A stretch of 64,000 nucleotides of DNA from Coprobacillus sp. CAG:826 (GCA_000437235.1 FR897047.1:43542-107541); one strand, 5' to 3'. Shown: positions 28,612 to 39,456, counted from the first letter of the stretch. The notes: generated from the letters alone by a model not told the origin. Numbers and translations: made by a program.

Positions 28612-30753
28612 TTACTCCTCACATTCATCTAATTCTTTTAACCATACTTCCACGCTTGCATCACTTGGCATTCTTAAATCTCCACGAGGAGATAAAGAAA
28701 CCGAGCCAACTTTTACACCATCAGGAAGACAGCTTCTTTTAAATTGTTGCATAAAGAAACGGCGAATAAAGGTTCGTAACCATTTCTTTATCGTAGCGTT
28801 ATCATAATAATCTTTAAACGCTACTTTAGCTAAGAAATAAATTTTTTTAATGGAAAAATGATTTCTTAGTAAATGATATAAATAGAAATCATGCAGTTCA
28901 TAAGGACCAATGATTTCTTCCGTTTTTTGCGCAATTTGTCCTTCTTTTAAAGGTAAAAGTTCAGGAGAAACTGGCGTATCTAAAATATCTAAAAGCGTTT
29001 TTTCGACATTCGCGTGATGTTTGGCATAATGATAGACGATATGTTTCACTAAAGTTTTAGGAATTGAAGCGTTCACACCATAGTTGGACATATGATCACC
29101 GTTATAAGTAGCCCAGCCTAAAGCGAGTTCACTTAAATCTCCCGTTCCAACTACTAAACCACCCGTTTTATTTGCATAGTCCATTAAGACTTGGGTTCTT
29201 TCTCGTGCTTGGGCGTTTTCAAAAGTGACATCATGCGTATCTAAGTCATGGCCAATATCTTTTAAGTGTTGTGTGACCGATTCGGTGATATTAATTTCTA
29301 AAAGGGTTACCCCTAAAGAAGACGCTAAATCATGGGCATTTCTTTTGGTTCTTTCGCTCGTACCAAAACAAGGCATGGTAATACAATGAATATCTTTTAA
29401 ATTTCGTTTTAATTCCTTCATCGCTTCTACCGCTACTAAAAGAGCTAAAGTGGAATCTAGGCCACCTGAAAGACCAATAACTAAAGTAGAAGCATGCGTA
29501 TGTTCAACTCTTTTTAAAAGGCCCATCACTTGAAGTTTTAAAATGGATTTAACTCTTTCATATCTTTCTTTTTCATCATGAGGAATAAAAGGTGTTGGGG
29601 AGAAAAAACGAGTTAATTCAACTTTATCTAAAGGTAAATCAAAAGTCACTAAAGTATAGCCTTCTCTATTTGATGCCTCATAAGACGTCATTTTTTGGCG
29701 CTCTAACACCATTTTTTCAACATCGATTTCGCTAATAATCGTTTCATTTTTAAATAAAGTGGCTTTTTTTAAAATTGAGCCATTTTCTGCTATGATATTA
29801 GCGCCCGAGAAAACTAAATCGGTTGTTGATTCTCCGTTTCCACTTGAACAATATAGATAACCCGCTACTAAGCGTGCAGAAGTGGCATTAACGAGCATTT
29901 CTCGATATTCTTTCTTCCCTACAATTTCATTAGAAGCACTTAAATTACAAAGTATGGTAGCGCCTCCTAAGGCATGATAGGTTGATGGTGGATTGGGCAC
30001 CCATAAATCTTCACAAATCTCGATTCCCATTATCCAATTTTTATAAGCACTATTACGGAATAAAAGACGATTACCAAAAGGTACATATTGATCTAAATAT
30101 GTAATATATTGATTTATAGAAGGCGCTTTATAGAAATGACGTACTTCATAAAATTCATTATAGTTAGGTAAATAAGTTTTAGGTACGACACCTAAGATTT
30201 TGCCTTTTAACATAACTACCGCACAGTTATAGCATTTATCATCAACTAGAACCGGAGCGCCTACCATGAAGACCATAGGGATTTCTTTCGTCTCTTCTAA
30301 GATGTGCTGTATTCCTTTTTCGACACCTTTTAAAAGACTATCTTGCAAGAATAAATCTTGACAAGTATAACCACTCATACAAAGTTCAGGAAAAACTAAA
30401 AGATGAACTTTTTTTAATGCGCATTCTTTAACTTTTTCAATTACTCTTTCACTGTTATAAATAGGATTTGCCACTTGTACATCAATCGTTGCGCACGCTA
30501 CTTTAACAAAGCCCATATTCTCTTTGGATGTATCTTTTAGAGGTGGCCAATCTTCACTTATTTTTTTAAAAGATTGCATTCCTTTTTCACACATCGTTTC
30601 ATAAAGTTCATGCGACATTACTACTAAATCACTATAGCCATTTTTTGTAATAAAAATTGGTTCTTGCATGCTATGCGCATCATCGGACAAAGTGTTGGTT
30701 TTTCTTAAATCGGTAATCGGTCTAATCTTTTTCATCTTTTGCTCCTTTAACAT
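28612..30753 (-). CDS. nadE: Glutamine-dependent NAD+ synthetase NadE (nitrilase domain plus NAD-synthase domain) with an roughly 75-aa N-terminal Phd/YefM-like extension
   Basis: PP-loop VIGLSGGLDS. The CN-hydrolase domain starts near MGFVKVACATID. The N-terminal stretch IRPITDLRKTNTLS...EPIFITKNGYSDLVVMSHELYE matches the Phd/YefM antitoxin pattern. The likely true start is the second ATG (MKKIRP...), which is preceded by AAAGGAG. Confidence 0.85.
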   Translation of the reverse strand: MLKEQKMKKIRPITDLRKTNTLSDDAHSMQEPIFITKNGYSDLVVMSHELYETMCEKGMQSFKKISEDWPPLKDTSKENMGFVKVACATIDVQVANPIYNSERVIEKVKECALKKVHLLVFPELCMSGYTCQDLFLQDSLLKGVEKGIQHILEETKEIPMVFMVGAPVLVDDKCYNCAVVMLKGKILGVVPKTYLPNYNEFYEVRHFYKAPSINQYITYLDQYVPFGNRLLFRNSAYKNWIMGIEICEDLWVPNPPSTYHALGGATILCNLSASNEIVGKKEYREMLVNATSARLVAGYLYCSSGNGESTTDLVFSGANIIAENGSILKKATLFKNETIISEIDVEKMVLERQKMTSYEASNREGYTLVTFDLPLDKVELTRFFSPTPFIPHDEKERYERVKSILKLQVMGLLKRVEHTHASTLVIGLSGGLDSTLALLVAVEAMKELKRNLKDIHCITMPCFGTSERTKRNAHDLASSLGVTLLEINITESVTQHLKDIGHDLDTHDVTFENAQARERTQVLMDYANKTGGLVVGTGDLSELALGWATYNGDHMSNYGVNASIPKTLVKHIVYHYAKHHANVEKTLLDILDTPVSPELLPLKEGQIAQKTEEIIGPYELHDFYLYHLLRNHFSIKKIYFLAKVAFKDYYDNATIKKWLRTFIRRFFMQQFKRSCLPDGVKVGSVSLSPRGDLRMPSDASVEVWLKELDECEE

Positions 30754-30898
30754 AATTAAGTCATAATTTTGTACAACAAAAGTATATCACACTTAAAAGT
30801 TAGAAAAAAGGATTTTACTTTTCTTTTTTTATTTTATTTTCTAAAGAAAGTTCGTATCAACTCTATAGGCTTTATGGTAAAATAATAAAGTAAATGTT

Positions 30899-31825
30899 TT
30901 GGAGGAAAATCACATGAAATATGGTCGTCCCTATCAAGTACGTGTATCTTCAGATACCATTTTAAAAGGTTATTCTTGGCCTCTTCCCAATAGTGTCGCT
31001 AACGTAGTTTTAGTTACCGGTATGGCCGAAGCTTCTTATCGCTATGATGAATTTGCTCATTTTTTAAATGAACATGGTTATGGTGTCTACTGCATTGATC
31101 ACTATGGTCAAGGTATGAATACCGAAAAACCTGAAGATATGGGCGTTTGGCCAAAAGACGGCTTTAGAAAAGCTGTTCAAATGGTGTATGCTAACGCAAT
31201 GGAAGTCGTAAAATTAGGAAAGCCTGTTTACGTTTTTGCTCACTCCATGGGCTCTTTTGTTACTCAAGAATTTATTCAAGAATATGGTAATATGATTGAT
31301 AAAGTCGTTCTCTGCGGTTCTTGCGGAAAGCAAGTGGCAGCAAAAATGGGCGCCTTTATTTCTAACATCACTTGTTTATTCCATGACCGTGACACCTATC
31401 AAGCAAAAGCTATGCATAAATTAACTTTTGGAGCCTATAACAAAAAAGTACCCGATGCCAAAACTTCTTGCGATTGGCTTTCTCATAACGAAGAAAGTAT
31501 TCAAGAGTATATAAACGACTTTAGATGCAATTACATTCCAACGGCTGGCTTTTATAAAGAATTCATGGCTGGTTTAAATCGTATTCATTTAAAAAAGAAT
31601 GTTGCTAAAGTTCCCCATGATTTGCCTATCCTTTTAATTGCTGGTCAAGAAGACCCCGTTGGTCATTATGGTAAAGGCGTTGAAAGTCTTTATAAAATGT
31701 ACAGAAATGCCGGTATTCAAGATGTAACCATGCACTTATATCCACATTTCCGTCATGAAATCTTAAACGAATTAAACAATGAAAAAGTATTAGAAGACAT
31801 TCTTTATTTCTTTAAAGAAAACTAA
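30899..31825 (+). CDS. Alpha/beta hydrolase (lysophospholipase/monoacylglycerol-lipase-like)
   Basis: Nucleophile elbow HSMGS and an N-terminal oxyanion-hole region. Confidence 0.8.
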   Translation: MEENHMKYGRPYQVRVSSDTILKGYSWPLPNSVANVVLVTGMAEASYRYDEFAHFLNEHGYGVYCIDHYGQGMNTEKPEDMGVWPKDGFRKAVQMVYANAMEVVKLGKPVYVFAHSMGSFVTQEFIQEYGNMIDKVVLCGSCGKQVAAKMGAFISNITCLFHDRDTYQAKAMHKLTFGAYNKKVPDAKTSCDWLSHNEESIQEYINDFRCNYIPTAGFYKEFMAGLNRIHLKKNVAKVPHDLPILLIAGQEDPVGHYGKGVESLYKMYRNAGIQDVTMHLYPHFRHEILNELNNEKVLEDILYFFKEN

Positions 31826-31846
31826 AATTATTTTATCAGTATCATT

Positions 31847-31880
31847 AAGCCAAGCATCGCCAATTATGCTTGGCTTTTTA
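31847..31880 (+). terminator. Rho-independent terminator
   Basis: 11-bp stem AAGCCAAGCAT/ATGCTTGGCTT followed by TTTTT. Confidence 0.7.
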
Positions 31881-32571
31881 TATGTAAATTTTCTATATTG
31901 TGTTTCATTGATTCGTATTTCATGATTATCGCATAAAACCCAAAAGTAATAAAAAGAAAAAATAGGTTCTTCAACCATCGAATCGTCGATTCTTTTACTT
32001 GAAAATGAATTTCAAATGTATAAGAAGAAATCATGACATGTTCATATTCATATTTAAACCGAAGCGCTTGTATTGGCCAATAAAATAAGCCAAGAGAAAT
32101 AATGTTCAACACTTGAATAATTGCTTGATAAAAAACAAGATGAAATAGATTTCCTTTGTATGACGATTTACCTTGTTCATTTAAAAAGTACATCGAACGA
32201 TATTTCCATTTTCGAGTTGTCATATTTAAAAAGAAAGAACTTAAAAAGGTTAATAGCGTGGAAGATAAAAAACGAAATAAAAAAGAAGGAACAAAAGAAG
32301 AAATACGGCTTAACGCAATTTGATAAATAGTAATAATCAATGATGTCAAAATAAGCCATAACAAATATCGCCAATAAATCTCATATAGTTTTCCTTTAAA
32401 CACTACTCTTTTCCCATCAATTACCATTGATTCTGCATACTTTTTGTAGCTGATATAAATAGAAAGTGGTGTTAAAAGCGTTAAAGAAAAAACACTCGTG
32501 AGAAATAATAATAATTCATAAAGCACAAATTCTTTTCGCTTGATAGTAAATAAAGATTCCTTCGTTTCCAT
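31864..32571 (-). CDS. Hypothetical polytopic membrane protein (DUF898/YjgN-like topology)
   Basis: 235 aa with several hydrophobic helices. Confidence 0.45.
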   Translation of the reverse strand: METKESLFTIKRKEFVLYELLLFLTSVFSLTLLTPLSIYISYKKYAESMVIDGKRVVFKGKLYEIYWRYLLWLILTSLIITIYQIALSRISSFVPSFLFRFLSSTLLTFLSSFFLNMTTRKWKYRSMYFLNEQGKSSYKGNLFHLVFYQAIIQVLNIISLGLFYWPIQALRFKYEYEHVMISSYTFEIHFQVKESTIRWLKNLFFLFITFGFYAIIMKYESMKHNIENLHIKSQA

Positions 32572-32729
32572 AATTTTATTATTTCTACTTCAATCTTTTT
32601 TATTCTTTGAATATAAAAACATATGTATTATGTTTGAATTAAAAGTGATTTTTTTACTTAAAAAGAGCGTTAAAATTTTTAAAAGAAAAAGCCTGACTCA
32701 CTTATTGAATCAAGCTTATGATTTTCGAC

Positions 32730-32806
32730 TGGTCGGAACGACCAGATTTGAACTGGCGACCCCTACCACCCCAAGGTAGTGCACTACCAAGCTGTGCTAC
32801 GTCCCG
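32730..32806 (-). tRNA. tRNA-Pro (anticodon GGG)
   Basis: The acceptor stem pairs CGGGACG with CGTTCCG, then A and CCA. The anticodon loop is TTGGGGT. The T-loop is GTTCAAATC. Confidence 0.75.
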
Positions 32807-32881
32807 AACGAGTGAATTATAGCACGTTTTCATATAGAAATAAAGAGATAAAAATAGACAAAAAAGCTGATTTTTATCAAA

Positions 32882-33682
32882 TTACTCTTCTTTTTTCTCT
32901 TCTATTGGTAAATAAGTGTGAAAGCCATAATTGCTTTTGTTTTCAACATGTTCTTTCCAAAAAGAAACAGCAAATTCATAAAATTTTTCAGTATTTTCTT
33001 CAACAGATAAGTTCTCATCTGGATATAAAACATGAGATAAAGTTAACGTCATTCTCGGTTTTCCCTTTTTAAATATCTTCGGTTTACGGAAAGTTTCAGC
33101 GCAAACAACAATCGGTTGATGATACATAGCCGCATATTTAAAAGATGTTTTTTCAAAAGGGCGCATACCATTATAATAAGGCCATAGCGTACCTTCTGGA
33201 TAAACGGCAATCATAGCGCCTTGTTCCACTCTTTCTTTCATCGCTTTGTTATAATTTCGAAAGGTTTTTTTGGAATCAGGAAGCGGTAAACAACCTAACA
33301 TCATTACTAAAGTCCCCACAACAGGAATATTGACCGGATCAGAATGGGAAATGACATATGTTCTTCTAGGCACACCAAAGAAAACATGAGATAAATAAGC
33401 ATCCGCGTAGTGGCAGTGGTTAGAATAAAAGAACACGCCATCTTTTTTCTTTAGTTCTTTTTTTAAATACTTCTTATTTTTTACTTTCACCCCAAAAGCG
33501 ATTTTACTCACTAACCAAAGAATAGGAAAAGCGAGGATATAGTATAAAATCCAACTAAAAAAACGATAAAAAATATTATGATGAATATATTTAAAATTGT
33601 CTTTAAGTGGCTTACCATTTTTTCCCGCTGAGCCAAAATCATCTTTCATATCTGGATGATAGTAAAACGTTTTTTTCTTCAT
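32882..33682 (-). CDS. 1-acylglycerol-3-phosphate O-acyltransferase-like (PlsC family)
   Basis: NHCHYAD (HX4D) and YPEGT motifs. Confidence 0.75.
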   Translation of the reverse strand: MKKKTFYYHPDMKDDFGSAGKNGKPLKDNFKYIHHNIFYRFFSWILYYILAFPILWLVSKIAFGVKVKNKKYLKKELKKKDGVFFYSNHCHYADAYLSHVFFGVPRRTYVISHSDPVNIPVVGTLVMMLGCLPLPDSKKTFRNYNKAMKERVEQGAMIAVYPEGTLWPYYNGMRPFEKTSFKYAAMYHQPIVVCAETFRKPKIFKKGKPRMTLTLSHVLYPDENLSVEENTEKFYEFAVSFWKEHVENKSNYGFHTYLPIEEKKEE

Positions 33683-33685
33683 AGA

Positions 33686-34855
33686 CTAATGAATTAAATC
33701 CCTTTCTTTTAATTCTTTAATGATAATATCAGCGATTTGTTCTGAACCATTATCATTTTTATTGACATTTTTCTTAATATTTTTACGTAATTCTTCTAAG
33801 AATTCTGGGTGTTCATAAAGATACACAACTGCTTTATTGATGTGGCGTATATTGTAGCAAGTTACCCCACATTTTAAATCGTCTACAAATAATTTTGCGG
33901 TGGCTTTTTCAATGTTGTGGGCATAATAATCAACAATGACTGGGGTACCCATAAATAAAGAATCTAGAACTGCATTCGGACCAGATTTCGTAATAAATAC
34001 ATCACTTGCGCCATAATATTCGTACGCTAGTGGAGTAAATTTTAATAAAACTAGATGAATGTTATTTTTTACTTTTTTCTTTTTAAAATATTGATACACT
34101 TTTTCATTTTTTCCCGCTAACATGATAATCGTAATAGGAATGTTTAATTTTAATAAAGAATTGCAAACTTTTTTTGCTTTTCCTTGCGCATAGGCGCCAT
34201 CCGCAATCATTATCGTAAATTGATCTAATGGCAAATTATGTTTTTCACGATATTCTCTTCTCGTCAAGTTTGCTTCCGCCACTTCTTTACGGGCGGTAAA
34301 GAAAACCCGGCGAACGTTGCGATAAGTGAATTTGCGACGGCGAATCGCCTCATCACAAGCGGCCACGTTATTATTAATAAACAAGTCGGTACGATTATCC
34401 CACCAAACGTGAACATTGTTATCAGGGTTATAAGTAATTACTGTTAAATTCGGCATATATTTCTTTTTTAATTCTAGTGCTGCAAAAGTAATAAAATAAT
34501 GAGTAGAAATAATAACATCTGGATGATAACTTTTCATTACTTGAACCGTTGCATCCGTAAACTTTTTAAAAATCGTGCGATGAATCAAACGCATAAAATG
34601 TTGCTTTCCTGCTAATTCAAGGAACCAAAAAATCCCAATTCCGAAAATTTTATCCTTATTGGTTTTCTTTGTGCAATCCGATAAAAATTTTTCAAACTGT
34701 TCTGTTTCTTTACTTCCTTGATCCATAATATAAGATTCAATAATCTCTACTTGATCGGCATATTTTTCTTTTAATCCTTCAGCAATGGCTTTCATCGACA
34801 TAATATGTCCCATGCCCGATTCAATATATGTTAATAAAATACGTGGTTTCTGCAT
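33686..34855 (-). CDS. Diacylglycerol glycosyltransferase (MGDG-synthase/UgtP-like, GT28)
   Basis: N-terminal GMGHI motif and the general MGDG-synthase layout. Confidence 0.75.
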   Translation of the reverse strand: MQKPRILLTYIESGMGHIMSMKAIAEGLKEKYADQVEIIESYIMDQGSKETEQFEKFLSDCTKKTNKDKIFGIGIFWFLELAGKQHFMRLIHRTIFKKFTDATVQVMKSYHPDVIISTHYFITFAALELKKKYMPNLTVITYNPDNNVHVWWDNRTDLFINNNVAACDEAIRRRKFTYRNVRRVFFTARKEVAEANLTRREYREKHNLPLDQFTIMIADGAYAQGKAKKVCNSLLKLNIPITIIMLAGKNEKVYQYFKKKKVKNNIHLVLLKFTPLAYEYYGASDVFITKSGPNAVLDSLFMGTPVIVDYYAHNIEKATAKLFVDDLKCGVTCYNIRHINKAVVYLYEHPEFLEELRKNIKKNVNKNDNGSEQIADIIIKELKERDLIH

Positions 34856-35063
34856 AAATACTCCTTTAATTATTTCATTATTATAGGTATTTTACCATGT
34901 TTATGGATAGAATACGATATACCAATTGAAACTGCGTCAAAAAAATCCATTATTGTAGCAAAGTGCTTTAAATCAGCTGGTTTTTGCCATTTTGAAATAA
35001 AAAGAAGGTGATGCATCCTTTTAGAATACACCACCATAGATTTTAAAGATTGAATACCTTTTA

Positions 35064-36884
35064 TTATAATGGTAAATCTTTTCTCACAAATTTCTTCGTT
35101 CCTAAGAAATAGCCAATAATACCTAAAGTAAATAATATAACTAACTTATAAATAAAAGCATTCGTTCCATCCAAGATAGAGACAACATCAAACAACGAAA
35201 TCACAGTAACATAGTTAAAACTGTTTAAAGAATCTAATCTTACCACGCTTGGAATGACCTGGCTACCAAATAAGCCTAACATAGCCGCTACTAAAGCGAA
35301 AACACTTAAACCTCCACCGATAGCCATCGAGCGTTTGCTTCGATCAAAGAAGCATGAAGTTAAAAAGCATAAGCCTGATAAGCAGAATAAGACAAGGAAC
35401 GCTCCAACATTCAATAAAGCAAGTTTCCCAAAGGTTAAAGAGATATCTTCAGAAACAAACAGCAAACAAATGCCACCCGTAATGGTCGTTAACACAAACA
35501 TAGCGAATAACGACCCAATGAGATAAACCGCTTGGGTAAACGCTACGGTCTTTCTCTTGGTTGATGTCGATAAAACATAAGCCATCGAACCTGTATCAAC
35601 TTGGCTAGAAATCAAGTTATTGGAAGCCATAATCATAAAGATAATTGGTAATAAAATACCCGCTAATTTATAGAAGATAGAGCCAACAACCAAGCCAAAT
35701 AAATCCATTTGTCCAACTTCTTTTAAAGCATCGGAAACTTCTTGTGGTAAGGAAGATAATAAACTACTCGTAACATCTTTAACTAATTCTTCATTCATCT
35801 TTTGATAAGCTTCTTCATAAGTAAGTCCATCCACGGTTTCGTGACCTTCATATTTTTTATTTAAGCTATCAATTTCATAAGATAAGCGTCCTTGATAAGT
35901 CACAATTGTGGTTTTAGCTAAATGCTTAATAGAAGCATAAGTATAATTAAAGGAATCATATTTTTCTTTATCAACACCGAAAGAAGAAAGTTGCGCAATA
36001 ATTCTTTCTACGTTGCTAGGTTGAATCATATTTCCTGCTAAGAAAATAGCGCTACATTCTTCTGAACGATCATGAATGTAATTGATACGTTCCTCACTTT
36101 TTAAATATGTTTCAATATCGCCCGCTTGTATATGGACTACTAATGATTGCACATCATACTCAGTAGGTACTGGTTCACCATTAGATACATAAAAAATATC
36201 GCCTATATGGTTAGGATTAATGTTATACATGACAGTTCCTAACATTTCTTGCGCTTCATCGGATTCTTTTTCATAGCCAAGAGACGCTGCTTTTTCATAT
36301 ATATACGATTGTAATTTTCCTAAGGCTACCATATAGGAAGCGGTAAGTGCGCCTTCTGAAGAACTTGGATTCTTCGCTTGCCAAGTTTGCATAGCCGTTT
36401 GATAGGCTTCTAAGGAATCATAATCTTCTTGTTTTGGTTGAGCACTTACCCAATCATTATAATTTTTAGCATATAGTTGTTCAACTAAAGTAGTGGGTGC
36501 GGGCATACTTTCTTTCCATGTATTCACCGCAGTAGCGTATTCTTCAACAGAGCCAAAGTCTTCTTGCTTTGGCATTTGACTTTGCCAATATTGGAATTTT
36601 GCATGATAGGTGAGGCTATCTTGTGTTTCCTTCACAAAATATTCATCAAAATGCATTAATCCATCGGTTTCTAACGCATAGTAATTGATCGAACGATCTT
36701 TTAAAGACGCATCAATTTCTTTGGTAATAATCGTATCTTGAATGGCATTTTTCGTATCGCCAATACCTCCATTACCACTAATGAGCATAACGCATGCTAA
36801 CATAAAACATACAGCAAATGTAATAATACTCCACATAACGCCATTGGCTTTACATGATTGTTTAAACAAAGCTTTACTAAACAT
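35064..36884 (-). CDS. ABC transporter permease with a large extracytoplasmic domain
   Basis: N-terminal TM, then a roughly 350-aa external domain and a C-terminal TM bundle. It overlaps the ATPase gene by 8 nt. Confidence 0.7.
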   Translation of the reverse strand: MFSKALFKQSCKANGVMWSIITFAVCFMLACVMLISGNGGIGDTKNAIQDTIITKEIDASLKDRSINYYALETDGLMHFDEYFVKETQDSLTYHAKFQYWQSQMPKQEDFGSVEEYATAVNTWKESMPAPTTLVEQLYAKNYNDWVSAQPKQEDYDSLEAYQTAMQTWQAKNPSSSEGALTASYMVALGKLQSYIYEKAASLGYEKESDEAQEMLGTVMYNINPNHIGDIFYVSNGEPVPTEYDVQSLVVHIQAGDIETYLKSEERINYIHDRSEECSAIFLAGNMIQPSNVERIIAQLSSFGVDKEKYDSFNYTYASIKHLAKTTIVTYQGRLSYEIDSLNKKYEGHETVDGLTYEEAYQKMNEELVKDVTSSLLSSLPQEVSDALKEVGQMDLFGLVVGSIFYKLAGILLPIIFMIMASNNLISSQVDTGSMAYVLSTSTKRKTVAFTQAVYLIGSLFAMFVLTTITGGICLLFVSEDISLTFGKLALLNVGAFLVLFCLSGLCFLTSCFFDRSKRSMAIGGGLSVFALVAAMLGLFGSQVIPSVVRLDSLNSFNYVTVISLFDVVSILDGTNAFIYKLVILFTLGIIGYFLGTKKFVRKDLPL

Positions 36885-37788
36885 TTTGATTCCTCCTTTT
36901 CGCTTTTAATACTTCTCTAAAGTGTCTTTCAAGCGTATATTTTTCTTCTGAAATAAACTTCACTTGTAACGTACTTAAACTTCCCATCAATTCATTAATT
37001 TGGGCATTTTGAATGCGAACCGTGACTTGATGATATTGCTTTTGATCACGAATAATTTCAAAACCGAACGTTTTAAATTGTAAATAATCAATTTCGTTTT
37101 TAAACTCAATTTTGTATTCCTTTACTGGGCGATTACGAATTTCATCCATGGAAACTACATTGATAATATGACCTTGATCAATTAACGCTACCCGGTCACA
37201 CGATTCTTCCACTTCATTAAACATATGGCTCGACATAAAGATGGTTTTTCCTTTTTTATGTTGTTCCATAATAATATCCATAAACGCCACCCTCATCAAA
37301 GGGTCAAGACCCGTTGTTGGTTCATCAAGAACGATTATATCGGCATCGTTCATTAACGCTGCAACTAGAGCTGTTTTTTGTTTCATACCTTTGGACATTC
37401 TTTTTAGGTTTGCGTTAGGATCTAATTGTAATTTTTGAATGAGTTCATTCGCATAACTCATATCTTTTAATCCAAAGAACTCCGCTTGACTTTTTAAAAA
37501 TGCGGTTCCAGTAGGAAGATCTGGAAAGCCAATTTCTCCTGGAACATAACCGATATGTTTTGCAATATCTGCGCCATGTGTCCAAGATTCTTTTCCTAAT
37601 ACCACGCATTTTCCGCTAGTAGGACGGATATAACCTAACATATTCCGAATTGTCGTCGTTTTTCCTGATCCATTCGTTCCCACGAAACCGATCATTTCGC
37701 CTTTTTTGATTTCTAGATTGATATCAAAGACTCCACGACCTTTTCCATAATCTTTTGTTAGGTGATCGATAATAATTGGATACTCCAT
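36877..37788 (-). CDS. ABC transporter ATP-binding protein
   Basis: Walker A GTNGSGKTT. Confidence 0.85.
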   Translation of the reverse strand: MEYPIIIDHLTKDYGKGRGVFDINLEIKKGEMIGFVGTNGSGKTTTIRNMLGYIRPTSGKCVVLGKESWTHGADIAKHIGYVPGEIGFPDLPTGTAFLKSQAEFFGLKDMSYANELIQKLQLDPNANLKRMSKGMKQKTALVAALMNDADIIVLDEPTTGLDPLMRVAFMDIIMEQHKKGKTIFMSSHMFNEVEESCDRVALIDQGHIINVVSMDEIRNRPVKEYKIEFKNEIDYLQFKTFGFEIIRDQKQYHQVTVRIQNAQINELMGSLSTLQVKFISEEKYTLERHFREVLKAKRRNQNV

Positions 37789-38756
37789 TAATGAACACCT
37801 CCAAATTCTTTATCTTCTTTATAGAAATGCATGAAGTAATCTTCAAGTGTTTCTTTAATATTGGTAAAACGATCTAATGAATATCCCGCTAAAATGGTAA
37901 TTAATTCATTAATGTTTTTATCATGTACCGATAAGAGAACACTACGATTTTCTTCATTTTTCTCTAAAATTGTAATTTTTTTGCTTCTTGCTTGTTTTCT
38001 AGAAAAATCAAGCATATCCTCTTTATTTTTAAATTGAATTTGATACGTTTTAACTTCCGCGTGTTTTAAATCATTCGCCACGAATTCAGATACGATTTTT
38101 CCATCTTTAATAATAGCAATACGATCACAGGTTGCGTCGATTTCGCTAAAAATGTGACTCGATAAAAGAATCGTTTTACCTTTCTTCTTTTCTTCTTTTA
38201 CAAAGTTAACGAATACTTCTTGCATCACTGGATCAAGTCCACTCGTCGGTTCATCAAGAATTAAAACATCTGGATCACTCATAAAGGCCGCTACAATGGC
38301 AAGTTTTCTTTTTACACCTAAGCTCATGCGTTTGGTATCGCCTCTTAAAGCAACATCATCTAATTCAAACATGGTCAACATTCTATTTAACATTTCTTCA
38401 TTGTGAATACCTTGTAAATCTTGCATCATACGAAGAAATTCCCAACCGGTAAGACCTTGTGGTAAGGCAATTTCACCAGGAATGTAACCCACTTTTTTTA
38501 AAATTTCATAATAATGGTCAAATGAATCTTTACCAAATATTTTGGTGGTTCCCTCATCCGGACGAGAAAAACCTAATAAATGACGAATCGTCGTTGATTT
38601 TCCAGCGCCGTTAGGTCCTAAAAAGCCAAACACTTCGCCTTTTTTCACTTGGAAAGAAACATCAAATACGCCACGACCATGACCATAATCTTTTGTCAAA
38701 TGAATGACTTCAATTTCATTTTCCATCGTTATTTCCCTTTCTTTTTGAACATTCAT
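37788..38756 (-). CDS. ABC transporter ATP-binding protein (second ATPase)
   Basis: Walker A GPNGAGKST. Confidence 0.85.
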   Translation of the reverse strand: MNVQKEREITMENEIEVIHLTKDYGHGRGVFDVSFQVKKGEVFGFLGPNGAGKSTTIRHLLGFSRPDEGTTKIFGKDSFDHYYEILKKVGYIPGEIALPQGLTGWEFLRMMQDLQGIHNEEMLNRMLTMFELDDVALRGDTKRMSLGVKRKLAIVAAFMSDPDVLILDEPTSGLDPVMQEVFVNFVKEEKKKGKTILLSSHIFSEIDATCDRIAIIKDGKIVSEFVANDLKHAEVKTYQIQFKNKEDMLDFSRKQARSKKITILEKNEENRSVLLSVHDKNINELITILAGYSLDRFTNIKETLEDYFMHFYKEDKEFGGVH

Positions 38757-38892
38757 TCAATATTGAACGCTTGACTGATATTGAACACAGTGTTATTATA
38801 TAGAACGTCAATAAAGAACGCTACACTTTTTTTGTATAATCGTACAAAATTGAACACACTTCAGAAAAGATGTACAAATTTGAGGTGAAAAA

Positions 38893-39426
38893 ATGATGAA
38901 AGCTCCCTATAGAAACGCAATTAAAACGAAAATTCTCATTCGAGAAACCGTAATTAGTCTATTAAGTAAGAATAAAACCATGAATGATATTACGGTATCT
39001 GACGTGGTTGAAGCCGCTAATATTAATCGTGGTACTTTCTATAATCACTACTCTAGTCCAATTGAAGTTTTAGAAGAAATGAAAAACGAATTAATGGATT
39101 CACTTTCCGAAGGTCTAAAAGTCGCTAATTTAAATAGAAATTTAGATGCCTTTATTGATTTTATCATTCAGCATTGTAGAGAAAATGAAAATGATTATCG
39201 AAAAATCATTAAAGCCATCCCTATGTCCACAATTGATGATTTGAAGCAAAAATTTATTCTTGAACTAGAAAAAATGAATTTTAATATCGACGATATTACA
39301 ATTCGTATTTTAGTAAATGGTATCGTAGGCTTATATTTAGATTATATGAAAGGGACCATTCAAATTAGTTATGAGGAATTAAGTATAAAACTGAAAAAAT
39401 TTCTTCATCATTGTATTGATGCATAA
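38893..39426 (+). CDS. TetR-family transcriptional regulator
   Basis: N-terminal TetR HTH. It is divergent from the ABC operon. Confidence 0.75.
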   Translation: MMKAPYRNAIKTKILIRETVISLLSKNKTMNDITVSDVVEAANINRGTFYNHYSSPIEVLEEMKNELMDSLSEGLKVANLNRNLDAFIDFIIQHCRENENDYRKIIKAIPMSTIDDLKQKFILELEKMNFNIDDITIRILVNGIVGLYLDYMKGTIQISYEELSIKLKKFLHHCIDA

Positions 39427-39456
39427 AAAAACTACCCTAGCGGTAGTTTTTTTTTT
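39424..39456. terminator. Bidirectional terminator between convergent genes
   Basis: AAAAAACTACC-CTAGC-GGTAGTTTTTTTTT. Confidence 0.7.

Noticed and set aside
28612-30753. Possibility that the N-terminal 80 codons of the nadE ORF are just untranslated leader and the true start is the internal MGFVK
   Set aside because: A strong AAAGGAG lies 6 nt before the upstream ATG, whereas the internal ATG has only a weak, badly spaced purine stretch. The upstream segment has a coherent protein-like Phd/YefM pattern. It is kept as a fusion but flagged for verification.
32540-33072. 79-aa and 97-aa plus-strand ORFs
   Set aside because: The first overlaps tRNA-Pro. The second lies antisense within the acyltransferase gene. 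Both are low-complexity and are spurious.
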